IMG/VR virus record: IMGVR_UViG_3300029362_000001
Coordinates: 1 to 64,000 of that record
DNA: 64,000 nucleotides
DNA from: a virus
Strand: one strand, 5' to 3'
Shown here: positions 38,442 to 49,100 of the stretch, one piece after another
Position numbering within the stretch: the first letter of the stretch is position 1
Layout: every line of letters begins with the position of its first letter
Notes under the pieces: generated by a model
The model's input: only the letters and a program-made list of their open reading frames with translations
Told to the model about the DNA's origin: nothing
Databases searched by the model: none
Program-made: the position numbers and the translations under genes

Positions 38442-38873
38442 CTACTTAAAAGCAGGGGCTTTGTTAAAGATAGTAAATTGAAACCGCTCCTTGTTAGTAG
38501 GCGGATCTTGATTCAATTTACCAGTCGCAAGCCATTCTCCATCATGATACAATTCGGCAAGTTTCTTTACCTTATTTTTAAGAAAAGAATACTCTTGTAT
38601 AACTTCCATAAAGTCAGTTTCGTTAGCTTTACCCTCTATGAAGATAACGGTTTTGCTTCCAGGTCTATGATCGTCTAAGCTTGCCGGGATTCCTAATATC
38701 GTCCATCCTTTAAACTCAGCTATCTTAAAACGCATAACGTCAAACACCTTATAGAAATCATCACAATCTACAGATTCTATTACCTTAATATCCTCTTCTG
38801 TGAATTTACCTCGTATCGGAATAGCGTAATGACCAGGACGGCCATCGGTTCCGAAATATGCGATTCTAACCAC
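38442..38873 (-). CDS. Hypothetical protein (143 aa)
   Basis: ORF in the - block. Confidence 0.5.
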   Translation of the reverse strand: MVRIAYFGTDGRPGHYAIPIRGKFTEEDIKVIESVDCDDFYKVFDVMRFKIAEFKGWTILGIPASLDDHRPGSKTVIFIEGKANETDFMEVIQEYSFLKNKVKKLAELYHDGEWLATGKLNQDPPTNKERFQFTIFNKAPAFK

Positions 38874-38893
38874 GATATTTACAATATTTTAAT

Positions 38894-39109
38894 TTATTTT
38901 GCTAAAACATTCGTATAACATGGCACATCTACCACATCTCTTCTACGAAGTCCCTTATCAAAATAGGAAACCATATAAGTATTTTTACCTTCGTGATCAG
39001 GTCTGGGATCAAAACATTCAAAAACGAATCTTGTTATACCTTCCAAATGACCAAGCATGAAAACAAATTCGCCACTGTATCTTTTATTAGCCAATTCTTC
39101 TACAGTCAT
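38894..39109 (-). CDS. Hypothetical protein (71 aa)
   Basis: ATG start; overlaps the upstream stop. Confidence 0.45.
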   Translation of the reverse strand: MTVEELANKRYSGEFVFMLGHLEGITRFVFECFDPRPDHEGKNTYMVSYFDKGLRRRDVVDVPCYTNVLAK

Positions 39110-39333
39110 AATCTGTCCCCTCCTAATCCTGAATTGATGCTAACGTACTTAACACGGACATCATTTCCACGTCCAAGCTGACCCCAGCCGGGCGATGGCG
39201 TTCCCTTGGCCGGAGCAGGGACAGCCCTAAGCCGAGACCAGTCCTGCTTTTGCCTCATGGCTTCAGCCTCTTTGTAATACCGGTTACACAGTTCTTGATC
39301 TTCGTAACCAACGTAATCTTCCTTATTTTCCAT
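39106..39333 (-). CDS. Hypothetical protein (75 aa)
   Basis: ATG start. Confidence 0.45.
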   Translation of the reverse strand: MENKEDYVGYEDQELCNRYYKEAEAMRQKQDWSRLRAVPAPAKGTPSPGWGQLGRGNDVRVKYVSINSGLGGDRL

Positions 39334-39411
39334 AAAAAATACTTTTTCAACAAAAGTACGACATTTATGAATTAATTAGATTTAAAATAAAACAATATGA
39401 ATTAAAATAAA

Positions 39412-39440
39412 AACCCGATACGTTAAAATCGCATCGGGCC
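39412..39440 (-). terminator. Minus-strand hairpin (CCCGATGCG ... CGTATCGGG) followed by TTTTT
   Basis: A stem plus T-run read on the reverse strand, downstream of the - gene ending at 39802. Confidence 0.45.
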
Positions 39441-39801
39441 TGGTATTGAAAAAAAATAGGTTCAGATCTTGGGTAAAGATTCGAGCCAATTTTTAACATC
39501 TTTATATTTAGGGTCTTTGTCTATTCTATCTTTCAGTTCATGCAATGCTGAGTCCATAACCGTATTCGGTACGCCAATCAACTCTCCTATTAAATACAAT
39601 GGGGTTTTATTCGATTTAGATTCGTGTGCTATATTCATGTCAAAAAAAAAGTTATGTGAAACAAACCGGCCACGGGTATTCTATTGCCCGCCGACCGGTA
39701 TAACATTTTTATTCTTTTTTTCCAAACGGGAAAAACGGGAATGCGGGAATCATATTTTTTACTATGGCTCCCGCACCACCGGAAGGACCTGGATCTGGAT
39801 C

Positions 39802-40095
39802 TCAGGTCAGATCCTTCCAGTTTATTTTTTCGCCGAGGTAATCTTGCACGGCAAGCCATCTTATAAAGGCTACTCCTTCGGGAGCATCCGGATCATCCAA
39901 ATACATTAACGTAGCTTTCACCAACTCGTTCTCACATTTGAAGACCTTCGGAAAACCATCCGAATAGTACATTGCAAAGACATATTGGACATCGCCCCAT
40001 GTCGCTTTATCCGGCTTCTTCGCTCCGCACTTTTCAAAAATATCTTTTATTTTCGGCTGCTTCCAGATCCTCTTGGATCCATCGACGTTGACCAT
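39802..40095 (-). CDS. Hypothetical protein (at least 97 aa)
   Basis: ORF in the - block; the start is uncertain. Confidence 0.4.
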   Translation of the reverse strand: MVNVDGSKRIWKQPKIKDIFEKCGAKKPDKATWGDVQYVFAMYYSDGFPKVFKCENELVKATLMYLDDPDAPEGVAFIRWLAVQDYLGEKINWKDLT

Positions 40096-40188
40096 CTTCT
40101 TTACCGCCTCATCAGCGAGAGCATTAGAAAAATGGTAGCCGTAAGTATCTACATATTTCTGATAAGCTGGATCCTCTGCGTCTGCTCC

Positions 40189-40557
40189 TCAATAAGAACG
40201 ACCTCTGCCACGTCCGCGACCTCTGCGCATCTGAGGCCCGTCACCGTAGTATCTGTCGTCTCCATAGTAATCTATCGGGTAGGATTCGTAACCCATCCTC
40301 CGGTATTCCCGGTCCTCCATTTCATGACGACGTTCGCGCTCTTCGAGCCTTCTTTCCCTTTCTTCCAGCTCGTTTTCGCGTTCTTCCATTTCCTTCATCT
40401 TCTCATGCATACCGTAATGGTCGTAAATACCACCACCGTACCCCATGTACGTCCCATCAGAACGGCGGCTTCTGCCTCTGCCTCCACCTCGTCTGTCTTC
40501 TATCTCGTCATATCCAGGATATTCTCTGTGTCCTGAATTTAAATCATATACTATCAT
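40189..40557 (-). CDS. Highly charged Arg/Glu-repeat and GRGRGR-containing protein (122 aa); candidate nucleic-acid-binding or disordered protein
   Basis: EERERRLEERERR repeat block plus GRGRGRGR and Tyr/Gly-rich segments. Confidence 0.5.
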   Translation of the reverse strand: MIVYDLNSGHREYPGYDEIEDRRGGGRGRSRRSDGTYMGYGGGIYDHYGMHEKMKEMEERENELEERERRLEERERRHEMEDREYRRMGYESYPIDYYGDDRYYGDGPQMRRGRGRGRGRSY

Positions 40558-40564
40558 ATTATAC

Positions 40565-41053
40565 TTATTTCAAACGTTCTACAATTAACTTCTTTAAATC
40601 TTCGAATGAATCAGTAAGGTCATTCACCTTATTTTCTATACCAGCTATTTTACGATCCTGCTCTCTCGTTTGTTTGAATGCCGGATTGATGTCTTCTAAT
40701 ATAGATTCACAAGCCTCTATCTTGGCACGATGGGCATCTACGCTGTCTATTATTTCCTGACTGGTGCTTTTTATGGCATTCAGTTCGTTCATAATCGGAT
40801 CTATGCTGGTAGATAATGTTATGCCCATAGCCTTAGCCACATTCTGGGATTCCGGAACCGTGTAGGTCTTGGTTTCGCCAGTGAGCTCTACCGTCAGATC
40901 CACCACGCGGGTCTGCATCGCCTGATACTGACCTGGCTGAGGAGGAAGATACCTGGGTTCGGATACGGCTACTACCTTTCCCAATTCGTATTTAGGTACT
41001 GTATTAGTATCAAGGGTATGTACCTGAAACCCTTTCTTCAAATCTGAAAACAT
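40565..41053 (-). CDS. Hypothetical protein (about 162 aa)
   Basis: Internal ATG (M3) of the TTG-started track ORF. Confidence 0.5.
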   Translation of the reverse strand: MFSDLKKGFQVHTLDTNTVPKYELGKVVAVSEPRYLPPQPGQYQAMQTRVVDLTVELTGETKTYTVPESQNVAKAMGITLSTSIDPIMNELNAIKSTSQEIIDSVDAHRAKIEACESILEDINPAFKQTREQDRKIAGIENKVNDLTDSFEDLKKLIVERLK

Positions 41054-41109
41054 GATCAAAATATTAGTTAGGTGAAAATAGGGTGATGATCTCCATCACC
41101 CTACTGAAA

Positions 41110-41523
41110 TCATTTACCTGCTTTAACTTCAGACGCCTGGGCTGTTGTTGTTGGAACACAACAATCCATTAATCTTAACACGCCACGAACTTTATTGAAG
41201 TACAGAAGGCGTTCTGTGCCATTTACCATAGCAGCACCCGTGACAGCTACGTTAATAGGGTTCACGACATTCACTCCCGTAACCGGGCAACAGGTGTCGG
41301 CTCCTACTGTTGAAACTGTGCTGTTTGCCGGGACCGCAATCTGTACCGGTAGAGCACTTCCGACTGTGGGGACTACTTGCCTTATCTTAAGAAGGATAAG
41401 ACCCTCACACGGAAGGGCGATCCAAGCCCGTGGGTTAATACCGAAGACTGTATTTGTCGTACTGACAATAACATTCTTCGTAACCATCTCATACAACGAT
41501 CCTATTTTAGAAACACAAGCCAT
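41110..41523 (-). CDS. Hypothetical Val/Thr-rich protein with CC pairs (137 aa)
   Basis: ATG start. Confidence 0.5.
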   Translation of the reverse strand: MACVSKIGSLYEMVTKNVIVSTTNTVFGINPRAWIALPCEGLILLKIRQVVPTVGSALPVQIAVPANSTVSTVGADTCCPVTGVNVVNPINVAVTGAAMVNGTERLLYFNKVRGVLRLMDCCVPTTTAQASEVKAGK

Positions 41524-41546
41524 ATTAGCCTCCTTTCTTAATAAAA

Positions 41547-42554
41547 TCAGACAGCAGCGTTGTTATTGCAACATCCGTTGTTACATCCGCATCCGTTATT
41601 ACAGCAACCTCCTCCGAATACCTGTCCCCAAGTATAAGCCTGGTAAGGAGAACAAGAGGGGTAGGCCGGGACGGCCGTCGGGCGTAATTGACCAACGATA
41701 TTCTGGGTTTGTTGCTGAGATAATGCCGAAGCTGTCAAAGCCGCTTTTTCTTCACGAAGTTGAGCAATAGTGTTCTGCATCTCCCTCATTTCCAACTGAC
41801 AGAATTTGTCGTTGATCATAACGGTTTGGGCGTCAAGTTTCGCAGACAAGATATTGAATTGGCTTGTAGCTTGCTCACGATTGTTAGCCAGACCTTGGTT
41901 GAGACCATTCTGCAAGATATTGGTTTGTTCCAACGTGCGAAGCTGGTTATCAAAACCTTGCTGAGTAATCATTCCCTGAGTCTGGCAAGTGCTTTGATTG
42001 ATCAACGAACTCAGATTGCAGCAGCAAGAGCTGATTTGATTTCCTATTTCACAACCTTGTTGTTGAACTGCGTTGATAACAGCCTGAGAAGTCATACCTA
42101 CCTGACCAGCTACTTTATCAATAGCACCCTGTACGTTGCAGATAGCGTTCTGAAGTTGAGTAGTAGAACAGTTCAAAGCAGAAGCAATCTGATCTATGGC
42201 GCTACGATTACCTTGAATTGCCTGCATCAAAAGTTCACGACCGTAATCGTTATTCAACTGAGCCGGCAAACCATTGGCGCAACAATCACCGCCATTTCCA
42301 AAACCGTTACCGAAGCCGCGTCCACCCCACAGCCAGAACAAAACAATTATCCAGAGCCACCAACCGTTAGCCCCACCGAAACCGTCCTGGTTGTTACGAC
42401 CGTTCATCAAAGCCGCCACCAGATTCGGATCCATTTTATTACCACCTATCAAATTAGCAAACATGCCGGGAATCATTGAAAGAAGACCGTTAGTGGCTGC
42501 ACCACCACCGTTAGCCCCGGCTCCATCTAAAAGGACGATTTTATCACCACCCAT
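41547..42554 (-). CDS. Gly/Asn/Gln-rich membrane-associated protein with a Trp-rich TM helix and a Cys-rich tail (GGGCCNNGCGCNNGCCNNN)
   Basis: The likely ATG is M26 of the track ORF, which places the palindrome at 42583-42599 in the 5' leader. Has a hydrophobic WWLWIIVLFWLW segment, a Gln-rich coiled coil and a repetitive Cys tail. Confidence 0.5.
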   Translation of the reverse strand: MGGDKIVLLDGAGANGGGAATNGLLSMIPGMFANLIGGNKMDPNLVAALMNGRNNQDGFGGANGWWLWIIVLFWLWGGRGFGNGFGNGGDCCANGLPAQLNNDYGRELLMQAIQGNRSAIDQIASALNCSTTQLQNAICNVQGAIDKVAGQVGMTSQAVINAVQQQGCEIGNQISSCCCNLSSLINQSTCQTQGMITQQGFDNQLRTLEQTNILQNGLNQGLANNREQATSQFNILSAKLDAQTVMINDKFCQLEMREMQNTIAQLREEKAALTASALSQQQTQNIVGQLRPTAVPAYPSCSPYQAYTWGQVFGGGCCNNGCGCNNGCCNNNAAV

Positions 42555-42582
42555 AATTTTATAGTATTTAATTGTTAAACAT

Positions 42583-42599
42583 ACGTGCATGAAGCACGT
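42583..42599. promoter_or_regulatory. Palindrome ACGTGC-atgaa-GCACGT in the leader of the Gly/Cys-rich gene
   Basis: Perfect 6-bp inverted repeat. Confidence 0.35.
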
Positions 42600-42698
42600 A
42601 ACAAAGATCATGATTGCAGGGTGGAACAAGGCTGAGTTTGTTTCCGATAAAATGGAAGGATTTTCAGTAAAAACGGAAATATAATATACAACGAGTAG

Positions 42699-42720
42699 TT
42701 TTCCCCATTTATGGGGAAAA
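42699..42720. promoter_or_regulatory. Perfect 10-bp palindrome TTTTCCCCAT-tt-ATGGGGAAAA
   Basis: Read directly; not followed by a T-run on either strand, so more likely a protein-binding site or recombination site than a terminator. Confidence 0.45.
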
Positions 42721-42778
42721 ATTGATAATCAGCAACTTTCGCTTTTCCTTTTTTGGGTAAAGCGCTGTAAATCAAAAC

Positions 42779-42802
42779 AGGATCCGCATCACTGCGAATC
42801 CT
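42779..42802 (-). terminator. Minus-strand hairpin (AGGATTCGCA ... TGCGGATCCT) followed by a U-rich tract; terminator for the small HTH-like gene
   Basis: 9-bp stem with one bulge; gttttgattt follows on the - strand. Confidence 0.4.
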
Positions 42803-42889
42803 GCCTCAACTAATCTAAACTAAAATACCATGAAAAACTTTTCCCTACTAAAACTAAAGAACGAACAAATGTATGAAAATACATGCTTT

Positions 42890-43087
42890 TCACAAAGAAT
42901 CCGTATCCTGTTCTTTGGTATGGTTAAGTACATGGGATATAGTTCTGATACTTAATCCGGTTTGATTTTGTATCAGATTATAAATATAGGATTTTGAAAC
43001 TACAGTTCTTAATTGACCTAAATCATTCATAATGTTTTTATACATAAGATGAATGCTGTTGTTACGTTTGATGGTACTGATTCTCAT
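42890..43087 (-). CDS. Small putative helix-turn-helix protein (65 aa) inside a 750-bp non-coding-rich region
   Basis: The segment GLSIRTISHVL resembles an HTH recognition helix; the gene has its own putative terminator. Confidence 0.35.
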   Translation of the reverse strand: MRISTIKRNNSIHLMYKNIMNDLGQLRTVVSKSYIYNLIQNQTGLSIRTISHVLNHTKEQDTDSL

Positions 43088-43309
43088 TTCCTACTGTTAT
43101 TAGTTACGTTCGGTTCTTACTTTTTCCTTATTTCCATAATCCCTTCCTGAAACTAATATTGCAAACTTAACAAAAATAATTCATAAACAATGAAAATCTA
43201 ACTTTTCTTGTATGTTATTGATATACGTGCATATATAAGAAAAGTGAGACTTTCACAAGCCTCACTTCCCAAATTATAACTATGAAAAAACTATGTGTAT
43301 ATACAAAAA

Positions 43310-45568
43310 TTACCTGCATTCCAATTTGTTAAGATCATCCAATTCAGACTTGCTTACGGTCATATCTTGCGTCAAGCCAGATCTGTTTTGGTATGGAGCG
43401 TAATCAGTTTCTACCGTCTTAGCCTTCTGAGTAGAATCGTATTTCACCTCCGATTCGGTTCCTGTCAGATTTTGGTAGATAGAGCCGGAACTACTCTCGC
43501 TTACTTTAGACCATATCTTATTACCTACTCTTATAAAATTATCATAAATACCTTCTGCTGTTATAACACCATCTTGCTCTACGATATTAGGGCCCGATTT
43601 TTCTTTTAACAGATACGGGTGCCTGGTGTAAAAATAGTGTTCAAAATCATTCCCAGCATACGAAGGGTCATACCTCTCCAAATAAAACAATTCTGATAAA
43701 GAAGGGTCGGTACTGGTCATGCTATAATCAAACAACATCAACCTGTCTTTTCCAGATAAAGATAATTCTATTGATTTCAAAATATCAGGATCATCAGAAA
43801 TAAGGCCCAAAGATGGACCAGGTTTGAAGTCAAGATACTTATAGGCATTATCATATAATTTTGTTTTATGGAGTTTGTTGTCAAGGTAAGATTGGTATAA
43901 ATCGAATAAGGATAATGGGTTTTCGCTATCTTGTTTTTTGTTCATGTATCGACTATACTCCCGATCCACATCCACGTAAGGAACGTCAAGTACCGCCGGG
44001 TGTCCAAACGCCATCCTGGTCATTATCATGTCCTCCGTGTTCTGAGAATCCATGAACGATCTGACGTGTTTTTTAATGGAAGCCATGAGCGTATTATTAT
44101 CTACGTTCCGTACTTTCTCTTTATCCAAAACGCCGTTCTTAAAACAAGATTCAGGATATATTTTAGTAGAAAAATGAGTTAGGTTGTCCTTGGCTAACAC
44201 TGTTGATATTTGATACATCTCGTTAATATCATCTTTGCTGATCCTTTGATATAGATTATCTCCTACCTTAAGCAATGAATGTTTCTCAAACGCTTCTACT
44301 GGGTCTATATTGGATTCAGAATAAACGATATTCAAATTATCCATATACTCCGGCAATAATTCAGAATAATAATCTGTGCTATCACCAAGAACATCATCTA
44401 TAGAAGATGCCAGCGTTGGAGCATAATTTACATCATTATGCCTGGCCACATAAATATCAAGATCCAGCATCAAATTATCTATCTTATTCAAAGATTCTTC
44501 TGTGCCATCATAAGTTTCCGATGTCCCTATTATATCTATGCCAAACCACGTACAAGCCTCTTCTATATCCCATATCATGCTTCTTAAATCGGATTCGGTG
44601 TCGGCATTAGCCCTATGTAAATAAGCTGATATACGAGCTCTTAGGAACTCTATTTTGCCAGGATTGTAATAAGACAGATCTTGTAACTTAGACAAGGATC
44701 TTCTCTTGCCTTCTACCACATCATCCCCTTCTATGTTTATTACCGGAATCTTATTCGTAGATGAGAACTCATCAAACATAGATTCGGCAAATTCTTTATC
44801 AGAAACGAATTTCTCAACCAGTTCAGGATAGGAATTTCTCAACGATTCAAAAGCAGATGAAAATTCAGAAAAGTTTTTTATGCCGGCTACTGTTTTACGC
44901 ATAGCATAATAAAGCTCAGAAGGATTATATGGTACCTTTTTACCAAATTGGTTAAACACTCCCTCCTTGTAAACAATAGGACCATACTGATAGTCAATAG
45001 ACATAAAATAATTATCTTTTTCCCTATCATGTTCGTTAATAGAAGAATCTATTAACTTTCTCATGGAAGTCAAAACCTCGTTTAAAACAGAAGGATCGGA
45101 TAAAATACGACTTATCTCTGTTTCATCATACAAACCGGATCTCCTTAATTTCTGCTCATTCAGTATCAAACTGCCATCTACATAAAAATCGAAGAGGATA
45201 GCATTAGACAATGAAGACGCATTGAAAAAATAATGAGTAGACAAAAGGAAATCCCTTACATCCTTAATGTCCTGAGCCGTTAAAGGATCAGCAAAATAAG
45301 TCTGACGCTTCATATACGACAGCACGTCTTCTAAAAGAGGTTCGCCATTGGGATCGGTATTAAACATCTCCCCTGGAGCCGGGTTGTTCCAATGACCGTA
45401 ATACGACAAAAAACCAGGAGTGTAAGCCTTAGCCCATACCTGAAGAGCTCGTTCGCTATTTCCTAATAATTTTAAGGCACTTTCGTAAAGAACGGAAGGC
45501 TCACCGTTAGGAGCCTCAACCCGTTCTATTTTATTTTCCTTCTTTTCTATCTGACATTTGACACCCAT
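43310..45568 (-). CDS. Large hypothetical protein (752 aa)
   Basis: ATG start; a 7-bp hairpin (AAGTGAG ... CTCACTT) lies downstream at about 43237-43263. Confidence 0.6.
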   Translation of the reverse strand: MGVKCQIEKKENKIERVEAPNGEPSVLYESALKLLGNSERALQVWAKAYTPGFLSYYGHWNNPAPGEMFNTDPNGEPLLEDVLSYMKRQTYFADPLTAQDIKDVRDFLLSTHYFFNASSLSNAILFDFYVDGSLILNEQKLRRSGLYDETEISRILSDPSVLNEVLTSMRKLIDSSINEHDREKDNYFMSIDYQYGPIVYKEGVFNQFGKKVPYNPSELYYAMRKTVAGIKNFSEFSSAFESLRNSYPELVEKFVSDKEFAESMFDEFSSTNKIPVINIEGDDVVEGKRRSLSKLQDLSYYNPGKIEFLRARISAYLHRANADTESDLRSMIWDIEEACTWFGIDIIGTSETYDGTEESLNKIDNLMLDLDIYVARHNDVNYAPTLASSIDDVLGDSTDYYSELLPEYMDNLNIVYSESNIDPVEAFEKHSLLKVGDNLYQRISKDDINEMYQISTVLAKDNLTHFSTKIYPESCFKNGVLDKEKVRNVDNNTLMASIKKHVRSFMDSQNTEDMIMTRMAFGHPAVLDVPYVDVDREYSRYMNKKQDSENPLSLFDLYQSYLDNKLHKTKLYDNAYKYLDFKPGPSLGLISDDPDILKSIELSLSGKDRLMLFDYSMTSTDPSLSELFYLERYDPSYAGNDFEHYFYTRHPYLLKEKSGPNIVEQDGVITAEGIYDNFIRVGNKIWSKVSESSSGSIYQNLTGTESEVKYDSTQKAKTVETDYAPYQNRSGLTQDMTVSKSELDDLNKLECR

Positions 45569-45594
45569 TGTAATTAACTTTTTTGCAAAGTTAA

Positions 45595-46125
45595 TTATAA
45601 AATCGACTTATACAATGACGGATCCCAAACTCCTTCTATATAAATCTCTGGAAAACTCAAACTGCCATCACGAAGAGTGGTAACCTTCAAACTGGGAATG
45701 TTAAAAACAGTGCTAACATCACCAAACTCACCATTCAACTTAATAGCATTTCCACTATTATCAGCTTCATAATAATAATAACAATAATTTTCATTAAGAC
45801 TCGGATCATATTCGTACCAATATGTTAGATCTTGCATATGGTCTTCTATATTACCAATTTTATTTCCACCTAATATAAAAATACCATTATTGCTATGATT
45901 ATAAACCATAGATTCATAATTACCATAATTCCAATCACTATTAAACATTATGTAACTAACATCAGAATCATGATCTTTTAATACAGGTCCTATATGTATA
46001 TGAATTTTATTAAACTGACATACATAAGGTCTTTTTCCTCCAAGCCTTTTTATATCTTCATTGGATAACTTATTATAACATCCTCCCACGAAATTATCCG
46101 CAGCATTAAAAAATCTCCTTCTCAT
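45595..46125 (-). CDS. Hypothetical Tyr/Asn-rich protein (about 176 aa)
   Basis: The in-frame ATG (M4) lies 2 nt after the upstream stop; the track start is GTG. Confidence 0.5.
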   Translation of the reverse strand: MRRRFFNAADNFVGGCYNKLSNEDIKRLGGKRPYVCQFNKIHIHIGPVLKDHDSDVSYIMFNSDWNYGNYESMVYNHSNNGIFILGGNKIGNIEDHMQDLTYWYEYDPSLNENYCYYYYEADNSGNAIKLNGEFGDVSTVFNIPSLKVTTLRDGSLSFPEIYIEGVWDPSLYKSIL

Positions 46126-46127
46126 AC

Positions 46128-49100
46128 TCAACACTCTTTATTTAACTCATTTATCGAATCCGAATTATCAGAACCTTCTACGAGATTCTTATTCCTGTCT
46201 ATCTCTTCCTGGCTCATATTACTCATCATATTTTGTATTTTTCTACCAGATTGAGATAAAGAGCGGATGAATGCACTGGAACTTATCTTAACTCCAAGAT
46301 TCGGTTTTGCCCTAAACGCTTCACCGGTACTGATATTATACAAATCATACACACCTGAGTTCATATAGAATTTATATATCCAGTTTCCACCAGCTTTTTT
46401 GTACCCTAATTTGGTTAACTCGACTACACTCATACCAAATTTAATGCCATTACGACCCATTATCTTCTCCGGTATAGGTTCTACCTTAGCCGGAACAGAT
46501 GTATATGCTTCATCGCCGCCGTACAGGAAATAAGGGGTTGTCACCCTTGATATGTGAATAAGCGACTCTTCGGATATACGAGGTTCGTCTTTTTCTATTT
46601 CTCCTTTTGTAGATCCAGGTAATTCGACATTTCCTTTAACTTCGACATTTGTTCTGGATTGTCCTTTGCCTTCTCCATCTCCCTTTTTATCGCCATCTTC
46701 CTCAGCGCGTACTGCACCGCCTTCTGCACTTCCTTCTTTTTCATCATTTAAAATATTATCTGATTCTGACTCTATAGACTCCACAACAGCATCATACTCT
46801 GGTATGCCGCTAAGGAAATCTGCTACGTTATTCAAAAACTCTATTTTTTCCTCGTTTGTCATATCAAGGCTTTCCACGGGCTCCCATATGGCAGGCAAGT
46901 TGTTTGATTTTATTGCAGTAGAAACATCTTCTACAGTTTTATTATCCACCATAGGCAAAACTTTAGAAACCAAACTATTGATATCAGATTCCATTTTTTC
47001 TACTTCCTCTTTTGTGCCATATTCTTTTAGGGTATCCATGCCATTGACTCTAAGAGAATAATTCAAAGCCTTACTTGGAACAAAATTAATATATTTCAAA
47101 AAGTTTTTCAACTCTGATATAATTTGTTCGTTGTTGCCATTTCTACTATTTAAATAATCTACAACTACTTGCTCTTTGCTTCTCTTTAGGTAATCAACGT
47201 ATTCATCCATAGTCAAACCCTTACTGTAAGATATTCTATCACCTACAGTACCCTTAGGGTCTAACCCCATTTCAGACTTAAGATCTTTAGGATTACCTCT
47301 TTGTCTTAAAAACCTAATATCTCCACCTACAATCTTTCTTGCTATAAAATCATAGATATTAGCAAAAGGAGGTAAGTTGTTTTCCTTTATATAAGATTCT
47401 ATATCCTCTAACCTTGCAGCAAAAGACTTCCTTGTAGTCCTGGTTGTTCCAGTAGAAGAAACTGACGAGCCGCTCGTGGCTGTAGGCTGCTGTACTGGGG
47501 CAGTCTTGCCGGCAGCCGGCTGCTGTTCTTCCTCTGGCATTTCCTCTTCATAAACATCCACGTATTCTTTAGAAGTAACGGTCTTACCCTCATCAGAGAA
47601 AGGAAGATCATCCTCTATAAGCGACTTAGGGCTGGAAGATGATTTACCAAACTGAATCCTGATCTTAGGAGCGACAAACATCTCACCTTCAAAATCTATT
47701 CCAGATTCTACTTCAGACGTCACAATGTCTTTCACATTCCTGCTTTCATCTTCTACCCACTTAACAACATCAGGAACTGTAGATAATTTTTCTATAGCCT
47801 CACGAGCTTTTCTAAGCCCTGAAATAGGATTCAAATACGATACTTGATACGAAGCCGGATCAAGACCTAACTTGGTTAGATACGCATTAAGATCTTGTAT
47901 ATCATCTTGACCCATCTGTAGCAATTCAGAATCACCGGATTCAAGCAGCATATCTATAAAAGACATCCATTTCCGCCCTTCCTCTGATTCCACAGAACGT
48001 AGGCTAACTGGAAAAAGATAATTAAGACCGTTTTTACCTTTGATGACAACTACCGGAACTCTTACATTTTTGTAATTATTCCCCTTGTCATTTAATATAG
48101 AATAAGCAAATGGGAAGCCTGTGTATTTAGATCCGTTCTTAAGCACGACTTTGCCATTTAATACATATCCGACATCAGATACTTTTTCAGCACCTTTTTC
48201 GGTAATAGGGAGATTTTCTACCTGGCCATATCCTTGACCGTTCACCTTCATGTTAAACACCGGTCTTCCGGGAAGGGTCTGGGCAACAACATGCGTGCCG
48301 ACGCCGATGGTAGCCGACCGACCGGCGTCCTTCTTCCACTTGTTGAAAGCCGTTCTTCTTATCTTACTTATACCATCTATGCCTCCTGTATCAGCTTTTA
48401 CAACAGAAACGAATCTGTTCCCACTCATGACCTTGATAACCATATTGGATACCAGTTTATTCTCAGCAGATTCTATTCTTTTTTTATCGCCGGACTGAAC
48501 AGCGTCATTGTATTCGGCAAAAAGAGACTGATTATAGGTATCATTTACATCTATTTCGAGATTAACCTTATCTCCTTTTTTCAAAGAAGATAATGCTTCC
48601 TGATCTATTTTATCTACCTCATTCTCTCCGAATCCGACACCTGTTCTGTACGGAACCAATTCATCTGAATCAAGACGCTTATAAACCAAAGAATAGGAAT
48701 TACCCACGTCCTGAATAGACACGTCTGTGTAACGGTTAAGAACACGAGCCGATTCTTTGTCTATAGACCATCTCGCATGATAAGGCAATTCAATTATAGT
48801 AGCCGTTTCTCCACCTATATTAAGAGAATACCTTTTAGTGCCATTAGCGTTCGTTTCAGAGCTTATTTGAATAGGAACCAATGATTTTATAGAAGATATA
48901 AATTTATCGGCTCTAAGACCTGCAATTTCATACCTTTCGTTGCCATCGTTGGATATTCTTCTAACCATCAACGTCTCTGGATTCTGGGCGCTATCTATGT
49001 TAGCTCCAGGCGTATTATCGGATTCATCTAACTCATTTACAAGAGAATCTATATTGGTATCATCCTCCCCAAAATTACTTAACGTAGATTCGGAAATACG

